Shown: positions 10,204 through 19,352 of the stretch, in pieces
Layout of the letters: each line of letters begins with the position of its first letter
Numbering within the stretch: position 1 is the stretch's first letter
Assembly: GCA_002331185.1 (NCBI GenBank)
Contig: DCYW01000030.1
Location: 1 to 36,942, forward strand
Length of the DNA: 36,942 nt
Direction of reading: 5' to 3'
From: Patescibacteria group bacterium UBA2100
GTDB taxonomy: Bacteria > Patescibacteriota > Minisyncoccia > Phycocordibacterales > UBA2100
Program-made: the position numbers and the translations under genes
Notes under the pieces: generated by a model
Seen by the model: the letters and a program-made list of their open reading frames with translations, nothing else
The model's database searches: none
What the model was told of the DNA's origin: nothing

Positions 10204-10926
10204 ATGGCATCTGTATTTACACTAGAAGTTGGAGAATTTAAAGGGCCGTTAGAACTTCTTCTTGATCTCATTGAACATCGAAAACTTGAGGTTAGTGATA
10301 TTTCTCTTTCCAAAGTTGCAGATGAGTATGTTGAATATATAGAGGACAGATCACAGATACCTCTTTCTGAAACAGCTCAGTTTGTGGTTATCGCGTCAAC
10401 ATTACTCCTAATAAAATCAAAATCCCTATTACCATCAATAGAACTTACCAATGACGAAGAAGAAGACATACGTGATCTTGAGGATCGATTAAAACTTTAT
10501 GCTCACGCTCGACACGCTGCAAAATTACTGCGAAGGCGTTGGGGTAAAAGTGCGTACCTACCAAAGAATCCCCAAAAAAGCGAGATAATTTTTGCACCGG
10601 CACATGATATAACTAAATCAAATACTTTTGGAGTATTGCAGAACCTTATAGAGACCATCCCTACTTTCACTCAGGCTCCGACTGCACACATCGCACGTGA
10701 AATTAAACTAGAAGATGTTATAGACAGCTTAACCACACGCATGCAATCAGCATTTACTGACTCGTTTAAAAACCTGACTTCAAAAGCTGATAAAGTGGGG
10801 TCTATTGTTCATTTTCTTGCACTCTTGGAATTGATAAAACGCGGTACACTAAAAGCACAGCAACGGGAAAATTTTTCAGATATAACTATGAATCATGAAG
10901 AGGTAGGTACACCACACTATGGATAA
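10204..10926 (+). CDS. scpA: Segregation and condensation protein A
   Basis: The N-terminus FKGPLELLLDLIEHRKLEVSDISLSKVADEY is typical of ScpA kleisins. It overlaps scpB by 8 nt. Confidence 0.9.
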   Translation: MASVFTLEVGEFKGPLELLLDLIEHRKLEVSDISLSKVADEYVEYIEDRSQIPLSETAQFVVIASTLLLIKSKSLLPSIELTNDEEEDIRDLEDRLKLYAHARHAAKLLRRRWGKSAYLPKNPQKSEIIFAPAHDITKSNTFGVLQNLIETIPTFTQAPTAHIAREIKLEDVIDSLTTRMQSAFTDSFKNLTSKADKVGSIVHFLALLELIKRGTLKAQQRENFSDITMNHEEVGTPHYG

Positions 10927-11476
10927 TACTATTGCTCACAAATTACAAGCTGTGCTTTATGCACACGGTGGAGAAATGAGGAAAACTCAAATAGCAGATA
11001 TGCTTAGCATACCTCTTGAGAGCCTCGCGGATGCACAAGCGGAACTTAGAGCTCTCCTTACTGACCAAGGTCTAGAACTCTCCGAGACCGATACGACACT
11101 TTCACTACGCACAGCATCACAATACGCAGAACTTTTGAAAGAGCTACGTCAAAAAGATGATGAAAAAGACATCGGTGCTGCAGCGCTTGAGATACTCGCA
11201 ATAGTTCTATACAAGAATGGTGCATCTCGTAGTACAATTGATTACGTTCGCGGGGTCAATTCAAGCGGGACATTGCGTCAACTTGTTCTGCGTGGACTGC
11301 TAGAACGCTCTCGCAGTACTACTGATACTCGCGCATGGATATACACCGCAACTCCCGAATTACTTGCTCATATAGGGATTTCTTCATACCATGAGCTTCC
11401 TGAATATTTAGAGCTCTCTTCTGCACTAAATGAGCAAGAACAATTGGAAATTCAACAATCATACGATGAACGATAA
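10919..11476 (+). CDS. scpB: Segregation and condensation protein B
   Basis: ScpB winged-helix blocks LQAVLYAHGGEM and AALEILAIVLYKNGASRSTIDYVRGVNS. It is translationally coupled to scpA. Confidence 0.9.
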   Translation: MDNTIAHKLQAVLYAHGGEMRKTQIADMLSIPLESLADAQAELRALLTDQGLELSETDTTLSLRTASQYAELLKELRQKDDEKDIGAAALEILAIVLYKNGASRSTIDYVRGVNSSGTLRQLVLRGLLERSRSTTDTRAWIYTATPELLAHIGISSYHELPEYLELSSALNEQEQLEIQQSYDER

Positions 11477-12383
11477 CGCAAATACATTCTTAAAATATAT
11501 AGCACTATTTTCACTTATCGGTGGGGTGGGACTCATAACAAGTTCACTGAATATATTCTTTACTCAAGCTGCAACCACGCAACCGGCATCTGCAATACTT
11601 GCAGTAGACAGACCGTATGACTTCTCCGATTCTGACATTGTTGCAAAAGCAGCCTATGTTTTTGACATAAACGAAGGAAAAGCACTCTTTAAAAAAAATG
11701 CAGAGGCTCAACTACCGTTAGCATCAATCGCGAAAATCCCTGTTGCGCTCTTAGCGAAAAAATATCTTAGTCCAGAGGAAATGCTTACAATTACCCCGTA
11801 TGCATTGACGCCAGAAGGTGATTGGGGACTTACGATAGGTGATTCATGGAAAGTGAGTGATCTCATTGATTATACACTCATGACCTCATCTAATGATGGT
11901 GCTGCTGCCTTGGCAGAAAAAATAGAGGAAGTATCAGGAGAAGAGGTAGTAACTCTTCTGAACAATCAAGCATCTGCTATGGGGCTCCAGCAGACATACT
12001 TCCTTAACGAGACAGGTCTCGACAGCAACATTGCCTTTAGCGGAGTGTATGGTTCAGCACAAGATGTTGGCACACTCTTTGCACAAGCGTACATTACAGC
12101 ACCTGATACTCTTATAGCTACTGCAATCTCAGAGCGTACCTACTACAGTGGGGAAGGATTAGAGTATAAAGCAAAAAATACAAATAAAGCAATTGGGGAG
12201 CTGCCTGGCCTTGTCTTTGGTAAAACTGGTTTTACTGATTTAGCTGGAGGTAATCTTGCTGTTGTTACTGAATCAGAACCAGGACATCCGTTTGTAATTG
12301 TTGTATTGGGATCAACAATCGAAGACCGTTTCAATGATGTTGTGAAATTAACACGCGCAACATTGCGTACACCTGCTAAATGA
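11430..12383 (+). CDS. D-alanyl-D-alanine carboxypeptidase (S11, PBP5/6-like)
   Basis: SxxK (SIAKI), SxN (SSND) and KTG (KTGFT) motifs, with an N-terminal signal/anchor helix. The start is uncertain; ATG at 11466 (MNDNANTF) is an alternative. TGA stop at 12381-12383. Confidence 0.85.
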   Translation: MSKNNWKFNNHTMNDNANTFLKYIALFSLIGGVGLITSSLNIFFTQAATTQPASAILAVDRPYDFSDSDIVAKAAYVFDINEGKALFKKNAEAQLPLASIAKIPVALLAKKYLSPEEMLTITPYALTPEGDWGLTIGDSWKVSDLIDYTLMTSSNDGAAALAEKIEEVSGEEVVTLLNNQASAMGLQQTYFLNETGLDSNIAFSGVYGSAQDVGTLFAQAYITAPDTLIATAISERTYYSGEGLEYKAKNTNKAIGELPGLVFGKTGFTDLAGGNLAVVTESEPGHPFVIVVLGSTIEDRFNDVVKLTRATLRTPAK

Positions 12384-12384
12384 T

Positions 12385-13446
12385 ATGGAGCTTCTAAACA
12401 TCATTAAGATAATCACCCCAACACTTGTAGCTTTTACAATTGGAATCCTTATTACACCGTTACTAACAAAGCAGTTATATCGACATAGGGCATGGAAAAA
12501 GAAGCCTGGAAAACATACTCTCGAAGGAACGGAAGCGGTGGAATTTAATAAGCTTCATAAAGAACGTGAACGTGAAGTACCACGTATGGGGGGTATTATT
12601 ATTTGGATGAGTGCATTTATAACTATCTTTGGATTTTGGTTTATTTCATTCATTTGGCCATCAGCAGAAACTATAAAAATGGACTTCCTCAGTCGTGCAC
12701 AGACATGGATACCTCTGTTCGCGCTTGGCATTGGTGCACTGGTAGGTCTTTTGAATGATATATTGGATATCTATTTCAATGGTAATGGTCTTTCTTTACG
12801 ACGGCGCCTTGCGGTAGTAATTGCAGTTGCACTCTTCATTGGGTGGTGGTTTTATGCAAAATTGGAAATTATATCTGTAGGAGTACCTTTTGGTGAACCG
12901 GTTGATGTTGGGTGGTTGATTATTCCATTCTTTGTTCTTGTAACTTTAGCAATCTACGCAAGTGGTATTATTGACGGTATCGACGGATTGGCAGGGGGGG
13001 TATTTGCCATGATCTTTACCGCATATTCAGTCATTGCACTCGCGCAAAATCAGATCGATCTTGCAGCATTTTCTGCAATGCTCGTTGGAGCAATTTTGGC
13101 ATTTTTGTGGTTTAACATACCACCAGCTCGTTTTTTTATGACCGAAACGGGAACCATGGCACTAACACTTACGCTCGCCACGATAGCATTCATGACAGAC
13201 ACGTTGGGTGATGGCATAGGTATCTCCGTTCTTCCAGTTATTGGATTCTTGCTTGTCGCAACAGTTGCAAGCGTGCTTATTCAAGAATTTTCAAAAAAAG
13301 TCTGGAAACGCAAACTCCTTAAAGTTGCCCCATTACACCACCATTTTGAAGCGTTAGGGTGGCCAAGTACAAAAGTAGCAATGCGATACTGGGTTCTGGG
13401 TGCAGTCTTTGGTTTTTTTGGTGTAGTCTTAGCACTCATCGGATAG
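12385..13446 (+). CDS. mraY: Phospho-N-acetylmuramoyl-pentapeptide transferase
   Basis: Polytopic membrane protein with the MraY motifs VPRMGG and IDGIDGLAGG and the C-terminal PLHHHFE. Confidence 0.95.
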   Translation: MELLNIIKIITPTLVAFTIGILITPLLTKQLYRHRAWKKKPGKHTLEGTEAVEFNKLHKEREREVPRMGGIIIWMSAFITIFGFWFISFIWPSAETIKMDFLSRAQTWIPLFALGIGALVGLLNDILDIYFNGNGLSLRRRLAVVIAVALFIGWWFYAKLEIISVGVPFGEPVDVGWLIIPFFVLVTLAIYASGIIDGIDGLAGGVFAMIFTAYSVIALAQNQIDLAAFSAMLVGAILAFLWFNIPPARFFMTETGTMALTLTLATIAFMTDTLGDGIGISVLPVIGFLLVATVASVLIQEFSKKVWKRKLLKVAPLHHHFEALGWPSTKVAMRYWVLGAVFGFFGVVLALIG

Positions 13447-13450
13447 AATT

Positions 13451-14551
13451 ATGCGTGGCGTCGGAAATAAAATAGACCGACCACTTCTTATAATTATTGC
13501 ACTGCTTGTATGTGTCGGGTTTTTTTTATTTTCATCTGCCTCTCTTGGTCTTCTTGCTCGTGAAGGGACGCGTTTCTCCTCTGTCGCCTTCAGTCAGCTC
13601 GTGCTTGGAATCGGCCTTGGATCTGTTTCTCTTTTTATTGCAAGCCGTATTCATTACCGATTTCTTAAACAGTATTCAATTTACTTCTTTATCTTTGCTA
13701 CGATCCTTACACTGCTTGTTTTTGTACCATCTTTTGGGTTCTCGGCAGGTGGTGCAACACGATGGCTATCTCTTGGACCAGTGTCTATACAACCAGCAGA
13801 AGTACTAAAAATTGCTACAGTACTCTACCTGGCAACCTACCTCGCAAATATGCGCAGTAAGCTCGGTTCATTTCAAACCGGTCTTATTCCGTTTATACTT
13901 ATACTTTTTGTTCCAGCTATCGCACTTCTGCTACAACCAGACACGAGTACACTTGTAGTAATAGTTGCAGCGAGTTCGGGAATGTTTTTTTCCGCTGGTG
14001 CTAAATGGCGGGATATTGGAATCCTGATACTTGTCGCCATCCTTGTTCTTGCTGCCCTTGTTACAGCACGCCCGTATGTGCTCGATCGTATCACGACCTT
14101 CATGAATCCAGCACAAGACCAGCTTGGGTCTGGCTACCAAATCAAGCAATCACTTATTGCTGTTGGTTCTGGAAAAATTACTGGACGCGGTTTTGGCCAG
14201 AGTGTTCAAAAATTTGGCTATCTGCCTGAGCCAACAGGGGACTCGGTGTTTGCAGTTGCAGCAGAAGAGTTTGGTTTCGTTGGTTCTGTTTTAATACTCG
14301 GTCTCTTTGTTGCACTCGTGATTCGTGCGTTATGGATTGCCGTTCGGGCACCTGACTATTTTGGAGGATTGGTTGTTATAGGACTGACACTTCTCATTAC
14401 TACGCAAGCGCTTATAAACATAGCTTCTATGCTTGGAGTAATACCCCTTACCGGCCTCCCCTTACCATTTATTAGCCACGGCGGGACCGCTATACTCGTC
14501 ATGCTAGCGAGTATGGGAATAATTTTGAACGTTTCGAAATATGCAAAATAA
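13451..14551 (+). CDS. ftsW: SEDS-family peptidoglycan glycosyltransferase FtsW/RodA
   Basis: Ten-helix SEDS profile with GSGYQIKQSLIAVGSGKITGRGFG and PFISHGGT. It sits between mraY and murG. Confidence 0.9.
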   Translation: MRGVGNKIDRPLLIIIALLVCVGFFLFSSASLGLLAREGTRFSSVAFSQLVLGIGLGSVSLFIASRIHYRFLKQYSIYFFIFATILTLLVFVPSFGFSAGGATRWLSLGPVSIQPAEVLKIATVLYLATYLANMRSKLGSFQTGLIPFILILFVPAIALLLQPDTSTLVVIVAASSGMFFSAGAKWRDIGILILVAILVLAALVTARPYVLDRITTFMNPAQDQLGSGYQIKQSLIAVGSGKITGRGFGQSVQKFGYLPEPTGDSVFAVAAEEFGFVGSVLILGLFVALVIRALWIAVRAPDYFGGLVVIGLTLLITTQALINIASMLGVIPLTGLPLPFISHGGTAILVMLASMGIILNVSKYAK

Positions 14552-14590
14552 ACCCTTTGTGAGTGGCCTTCCTGCGGTTATACTAGTGGA

Positions 14591-15730
14591 ATGAAAATCG
14601 TTTTTACAGGTGGCGACACAGGAGGACACTTCTATCCCATCATTGCTGTGGCAGAAGAAATACATGAGATTGTACAAAAAGAAAAGCTCCTTAGCCCGCA
14701 ACTATACTATATTGGTCCAAGTGTCTTAGATTATGAAGCCCTTGCCGAACAAAATATTACCTGGAAAAAAACAAGTGCTGGTAAAATGCGACGCTACTTT
14801 TCGATACGAAATGCTTTTGATGTAATCAAGGTCGCTATCGGCGTAATACAGTCAGTCATACAGCTGTTCTTCTTGTATCCTGATGTTGTATTTAGTAAGG
14901 GTGGCTACGCCGCTTTTCCAACAACGTTTGCTGCGCGCATTCTCAATATACCTGTCATAGTTCATGAGTCAGACGCACACCCGGGTAGAGCAAATGTTAT
15001 TGCCTCAAAATGGGCTCGAGCAGTCGCCATCTCTTTCCCAGGAGTTTCTGAATATTTCCCTGGAACTGACAAATCTAAATTTGCGCTTGTTGGAAATCCA
15101 ATTCGCCGCGTTCTCTTTAGGCCAGCGCGAGAAGGAGCTCATGAGTATTTGAATCTAAAAGATGATATACCGACACTGCTTATACTTGGCGGCTCACAAG
15201 GAGCACAAGCAATTAACTCAGTTGTACTTGATGCACTACCGCAATTGCTAGAAAAGTATCAGGTGATTCACCAAACTGGAAAGAACAATATCGAACACGT
15301 GCGTAGTGTTGCGAGCGTATCTCTACGAGATAATCCAAACAAAGATCGATACCGTCCATTTGGTTTCTTGAACACGCTTGCAATGCGTATGACTGCAGGG
15401 ATTGCCTCTATGGTTGTCGCACGCGCTGGAGCTGGAAGTATATTCGAAACTGCGGCATGGGGAATCCCTGCAATTGTTATCCCGCTTCCTGAAGAAATTT
15501 CTCATGACCAAACAAAAAATGCATTCGCCTATGCTCGTGAAGGAGCAGCGATTGTAATGAAGCAAAAGAACCTCACAAAAAATCTTCTCGTTGCGGAAAT
15601 TGATCGAATTATGGAGAGCCCTGAAATTCAAACAGACATGAGTGAAGCTGCCAAACGATTTGCACAACCAGAAGCTGCAAAGAAGATAGCTCGAATGATT
15701 ATAAATACCGCACTAAAGCACGAAGAATAA
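14591..15730 (+). CDS. murG: UDP-N-acetylglucosamine--N-acetylmuramyl-(pentapeptide) pyrophosphoryl-undecaprenol GlcNAc transferase
   Basis: N-terminal GGDTGGHFYP motif, GT28 architecture and dcw-like context. Confidence 0.93.
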   Translation: MKIVFTGGDTGGHFYPIIAVAEEIHEIVQKEKLLSPQLYYIGPSVLDYEALAEQNITWKKTSAGKMRRYFSIRNAFDVIKVAIGVIQSVIQLFFLYPDVVFSKGGYAAFPTTFAARILNIPVIVHESDAHPGRANVIASKWARAVAISFPGVSEYFPGTDKSKFALVGNPIRRVLFRPAREGAHEYLNLKDDIPTLLILGGSQGAQAINSVVLDALPQLLEKYQVIHQTGKNNIEHVRSVASVSLRDNPNKDRYRPFGFLNTLAMRMTAGIASMVVARAGAGSIFETAAWGIPAIVIPLPEEISHDQTKNAFAYAREGAAIVMKQKNLTKNLLVAEIDRIMESPEIQTDMSEAAKRFAQPEAAKKIARMIINTALKHEE

Positions 15731-15732
15731 AT

Positions 15733-17067
15733 ATGAAGGAAAAAATAATTGTTCGCTTTCCACCATCACCAACTGGCAGTCTTCATATTGGAAATATTCG
15801 TACACTTCTCTTTAATTATCTTTTCGCACGAAGTAATGATGGGGAAGTGGTAATGCGGTTTGAAGATACAGATAGAGAGAGGAGCAATTCCACACACGAA
15901 GCGATCGCACTCGAGGCACTGAGTGAACTCGGTTTAGACTTCGACAAAGGTCCTTTTCGTCAATCTGAGAGAACCCACATGTATGTGGACGCGCTACAGA
16001 GAATGATTAAAAAAGACATCGCCTACGTCGCAGAAGAGTCAGAAGAGGATGCGGGGAAGCATGTTATTCGTTTTCGTAATCCAAATAAAAAAATTACTTT
16101 CAATGATTTAGTACGAGGAGAAATAACTATCGATACAACAGATTTTGGTGATTTTGTGATTGCCCGTTCTGAAACGAACCCTATTTACCATCTTACAGTA
16201 GTAGTGGATGATTTGGAGATGGGTATTACACACGTCATTCGTGGAGAAGACCACATTACTTCAACCCCGCGACAAATTCTTCTCGTTGAAGCCCTTGGTG
16301 GATCAATACCAACATATGCACATCTCCCTCTCATAATTGGGAACGATAAAAAGAAACTTGGAAAACGACACGGTGCGATAACATATCAAGAATTTCGCGA
16401 TTTAGGTTATATACCTGCTGGAATTATTAACTACCTTGCGTTATTAGGATGGAACCCTGGAGACGACCGCGAATTCTTTACAAAGAACGAACTCGTCAAA
16501 GAGTTTTCTCTTGAGCGCGTAAATAATTCTCCTGCATCATTCTCATACGAAAAACTTGATTCTGTTAACAAACACCATCTACTGCAACTTCCATCCGAGG
16601 AATATAAAGAGTATGTACATACATTTCTTGCCGTGCATCCTGAAGGTGCAAAGATATCAGGTCACCCTCACTTCGATGGAATAATTGAAAATATCTTGCG
16701 CGAACGAGTTCATAAATTCTCAGAGATTATCACCATGTTACATGATGGCGAATTTAACTGGATTATTAATCAACCAATAATCAAAAAAGAGGACATTATA
16801 TGGAAAGAAACCTCTGCTAAAACCATTGAAAAGCACTTGAAATATGCCTATAAAACGCTTGAAAATGCCTCAAAATGGACTCCTGAAAGCATTAGGGAGA
16901 ACCTGTGGCACTATGCCGAGGAACAGGGAAAAGGTGAGGTTTTATGGCCTTTCCGCTTCTCTCTAACGGGTCAAAAACAATCGCCAGATCCATTTACTGT
17001 CGCGTCTGTTCTTGGAAAGGAAGAGGTGCTTGATCGTCTACAAAATGGCATACAGTTGTTACAATAA
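15733..17067 (+). CDS. gltX: Glutamate--tRNA ligase
   Basis: RFPPSPTGSLHIGNIRT (HIGH) and KLGKRHG (KMSKS-like), with typical GluRS length. Confidence 0.95.
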   Translation: MKEKIIVRFPPSPTGSLHIGNIRTLLFNYLFARSNDGEVVMRFEDTDRERSNSTHEAIALEALSELGLDFDKGPFRQSERTHMYVDALQRMIKKDIAYVAEESEEDAGKHVIRFRNPNKKITFNDLVRGEITIDTTDFGDFVIARSETNPIYHLTVVVDDLEMGITHVIRGEDHITSTPRQILLVEALGGSIPTYAHLPLIIGNDKKKLGKRHGAITYQEFRDLGYIPAGIINYLALLGWNPGDDREFFTKNELVKEFSLERVNNSPASFSYEKLDSVNKHHLLQLPSEEYKEYVHTFLAVHPEGAKISGHPHFDGIIENILRERVHKFSEIITMLHDGEFNWIINQPIIKKEDIIWKETSAKTIEKHLKYAYKTLENASKWTPESIRENLWHYAEEQGKGEVLWPFRFSLTGQKQSPDPFTVASVLGKEEVLDRLQNGIQLLQ

Positions 17068-17073
17068 TTATCT

Positions 17074-18351
17074 ATGACTTTTTCTATTCGAAGTTTATTT
17101 GTTGGATTTTTAATCGCAACACTCTGGGTACCAGTCTTTAGTGATGCACAAAAGGCAGACGACCTTCAAAACAAGATAAATGAACAGCAAAGCGAAATTG
17201 CTGAAATTGAAACAGAAATTAAAAAGTATGAACAGCAATTAATCGAAATAGGACGAGAGAAACAGACACTTGAAAGTGCCGTTGAAGAACTTGATGTCTC
17301 TCGACAAAAAATGAGTGCAAGTGTTTCTCTTACACAGCGTCAAATTAATGCAACAAACTCTAGCATTAGTGAGCTCTCAAACGAGATTGATACCAAGGTA
17401 ATGCTCATAGACCAAAATCAAGATGCGTTAGCTGAGACACTTCGCCAGATATACGAAACTGAGTCCGGTTCATTCATTGAAGTCATTTTGGGCAACGACA
17501 ATATTTCAAATCTGTGGAGCGACCTCTACACTATTCAGCAATTCCAAATTGTCGTACGAAATGAAGTTGAAGTTCTTGCCGAGCAAAAAACACAACTTGA
17601 AGATGTAAAGACCAAAAAAGAAATAGAGCAAGGGATCCTTGTAGAAAAGAAAACTGACTTGTCTACACAAAAACGCTCGCTTGATATAAACCGTCAAGCA
17701 AAAAATAATCTTTTGAAAGAGACAAAAAATCGTGAGTCTGGTTATCAAGAACTCTTAGCAATCAAACAACAGGCTAAAGAGGAATTCGAAGCCCAGTTGC
17801 AAAACTTTGAAGCCCAGTTGCAATATATTTTAGATCCAACAACAATTCCACCAGCAGGGAAGGGTGTATTCAGTTGGCCTCTTTCACAGATAACTATTAC
17901 TCAATATTTTGGTAATACTGAATTTGCAAAATCAGGTGCATACAATGGCAGCGGTCATAATGGGGTAGATTTTCGTGCTGCAATTGGAACTCCAGTAAAA
18001 GCAACGCTTTCTGGAAATGTAAAAGCAACGGGCAACACAGATATATACCCTGGTTGTTATTCATATGGGAAATGGATACTTATTGAGCACGTTAATGGAC
18101 TTACAACTCTCTATGCTCATCTTTCAGATATCAATGTAGTTCCAGGAGAAACTGTTGGGACTGGAAAAGTTATCGGCTATTCAGGTAACACAGGGTTCTC
18201 AACAGGCCCCCACCTTCACCTTACTGCGTACTCAAGTGATGCTGTACAAGTTGTACGGCTTGGTGATATAAAAGCACGGACAAACTGTGCAGATGCAAAG
18301 ATTCCTGTGGCTTCGTGGAGCGGATATTTAAATCCTCTCGACTATTTATAA
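17074..18351 (+). CDS. M23 family metallopeptidase with an N-terminal coiled coil (EnvC-like murein hydrolase or activator)
   Basis: Signal/anchor helix, about 230 aa of heptad-rich Q/E/K sequence, and a C-terminal LytM domain with HNGVDF and GPHLHL. Confidence 0.88.
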   Translation: MTFSIRSLFVGFLIATLWVPVFSDAQKADDLQNKINEQQSEIAEIETEIKKYEQQLIEIGREKQTLESAVEELDVSRQKMSASVSLTQRQINATNSSISELSNEIDTKVMLIDQNQDALAETLRQIYETESGSFIEVILGNDNISNLWSDLYTIQQFQIVVRNEVEVLAEQKTQLEDVKTKKEIEQGILVEKKTDLSTQKRSLDINRQAKNNLLKETKNRESGYQELLAIKQQAKEEFEAQLQNFEAQLQYILDPTTIPPAGKGVFSWPLSQITITQYFGNTEFAKSGAYNGSGHNGVDFRAAIGTPVKATLSGNVKATGNTDIYPGCYSYGKWILIEHVNGLTTLYAHLSDINVVPGETVGTGKVIGYSGNTGFSTGPHLHLTAYSSDAVQVVRLGDIKARTNCADAKIPVASWSGYLNPLDYL

Positions 18352-19040
18352 ACATAAAGAAATCCATTCGAATAGAATGAGTGATGTTACCACAAGAATA
18401 CTTTCACTTTTAGAGTTGTTGTACTCCTTAAACATACATTCGCATCACACATGCTTCTCGCTTCAGCATACAGTGCATCATAAGGATGTGATGTCGCACA
18501 ATTTTATAAGGTAGAAGAGTTCCAAGACAGGCGACAGAGGTAGTAAAATATGCTGAAAGTTTGCACAAAGGTTTCAGAGAGTTTCATCCTGATACAAAAA
18601 TAGCTTTATTGATAGAAAAAGATACGATTTCGAACAAAAAATCTTGAAAAGAAAAGTAGAAAAAGAAACAAGAGGGAGTATTAACAGTAGTGATGGATGG
18701 CGGTAATCAATACTCATCATCTTAGATCCAAAAGTGCATGTATCCAACAGTTCGGTCATTTACATTGTTTTATGTCGCAAAAGATATATTGTGGGACGTA
18801 GTATCATTCATTAAAAATTAAAAAAACAAATCTTTTTAATGACGCTGTCTCTTCCCTCGCATCTAAAAAATCATGCACGAGTGAAAAAAATAATCTTGGA
18901 GCGTTCACAAATTCGTACGATGCGACTTTATCAACCACATTACACTATCGACAATTTAAAAACTGAGATGTCTTCTACCCTACTCTCGAAATGTGCGGTG
19001 GAAATTCTTTCTATATACTTTTCAAGAAAAATAGGTATCG

Positions 19041-19074
19041 AATACAAAAGGCGCCCAGACAGAAGTCTGGGCGC
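19041..19074 (-). terminator. Rho-independent terminator acting on the minus strand
   Basis: GCGCCCAGAC-agaa-GTCTGGGCGC is a perfect 10-bp stem. The minus-strand reading is followed by CTTTTGTATT. The plus-strand tail (AAGGGTTTGG) is poor. Confidence 0.55.
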
Positions 19075-19113
19075 AAGGGTTTGGGGTGTGCGTGATTAGC
19101 TACGAGGCCAATC
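19042..19113 (-). ncRNA. Candidate small RNA of about 70 nt, with no assigned family
   Basis: On the minus strand there is a putative promoter: TTGACT at 19148-19143, a 17-nt spacer and CATTAT at 19125-19120. This is followed by a small hairpin GAGGattggCCTC, a C-rich stretch CACACCCCAAACCC, a perfect 10-bp GC-rich hairpin (19074-19051) and CUUUUGUAUU. No ORF lies on this strand. The boundaries are estimates. Confidence 0.3.
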
Positions 19114-19119
19114 CTCTTT

Positions 19120-19148
19120 ATAATGCTGGCTATCGCTTTAAAAGTCAA
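19120..19148 (-). promoter_or_regulatory. Putative sigma70-type promoter for the candidate sRNA
   Basis: The minus strand reads TTGACT, 17 nt, then CATTAT. Its -35 box is one arm of the palindrome AGTCAAtatcaaTTGACA, which it shares with the divergent plus-strand promoter. Confidence 0.35.
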
Positions 19149-19154
19149 TATCAA

Positions 19155-19184
19155 TTGACAAATACCCTATCATGGGTGCACAAT
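19155..19184 (+). promoter_or_regulatory. Putative sigma70-type promoter for the 40-aa small ORF
   Basis: Consensus -35 TTGACA (19155-19160), an 18-nt spacer and CACAAT (19179-19184). A perfect TATAAT at 19119-19124 with a weak -35 could be a second, upstream start. Confidence 0.35.
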
Positions 19185-19213
19185 ACGCATCCACTTCAAC
19201 AAAGGAGCTACTA

Positions 19214-19336
19214 ATGGCGGATCACAATGGTTTCCATTTTTTTCCTCACTGGGGAATGTCGAATCTCGAGATGGCATTTTGGGGGGTAATTATTTTTCCT
19301 TCAATCGGTGCTGCTCTTGAGTACTTCGTTATCTAA
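19214..19336 (+). CDS. Small hydrophobic peptide, 40 aa (MADHNGFHFFPHWGMSNLEMAFWGVIIFPSIGAALEYFVI)
   Basis: Hand-translated; it falls below the length cutoff of the ORF track. A strong SD AAAGGAG (19201-19207) lies 6 nt before the ATG. The C-terminal ~20 aa form a predicted TM helix, and a long hairpin plus U-tract follows. I recognise no homolog. Confidence 0.5.
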   Translation: MADHNGFHFFPHWGMSNLEMAFWGVIIFPSIGAALEYFVI

Positions 19337-19352
19337 GTACTTGAGTTGAATT

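Noticed and set aside
18361-18385. TTCGAAT-like sequence (CCATTCGAATAG) that could be a tRNA T-loop
   Set aside because: No 5-bp T-stem with a 7-nt TPsiC-type loop, acceptor stem or anticodon arm can be drawn around it.
18574-18759. 61-aa minus-strand ORF
   Set aside because: It has a low-complexity F/L/S-rich translation of an A-rich region. There is no SD, promoter or terminator.
18590-18860. AT-rich tract as a replication origin, or the strand switch as a terminus/dif site
   Set aside because: There is no cluster of DnaA boxes and no adjacent dnaA or dnaN. I could not find a convincing 28-nt XerC/D dif-like palindrome. Gene orientation after 19932 is mixed rather than uniformly reversed.
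19051-19080. AGAAGTCTGGGCGC resembles the RNase P RNA P4 segment GAAAGUCCGGGC
   Set aside because: It is part of a simple perfect hairpin. None of the other universally conserved RNase P elements, such as the ACAGAA-type P4 partner strand, is nearby.
18839-19099. 86-aa plus-strand ORF in the island
   Set aside because: It has no SD, because the ATG follows a pure A/T run. The reading frame runs straight through the GC-rich terminator stem at 19051-19074. The sequence has no recognisable domain. It is most likely a chance ORF.
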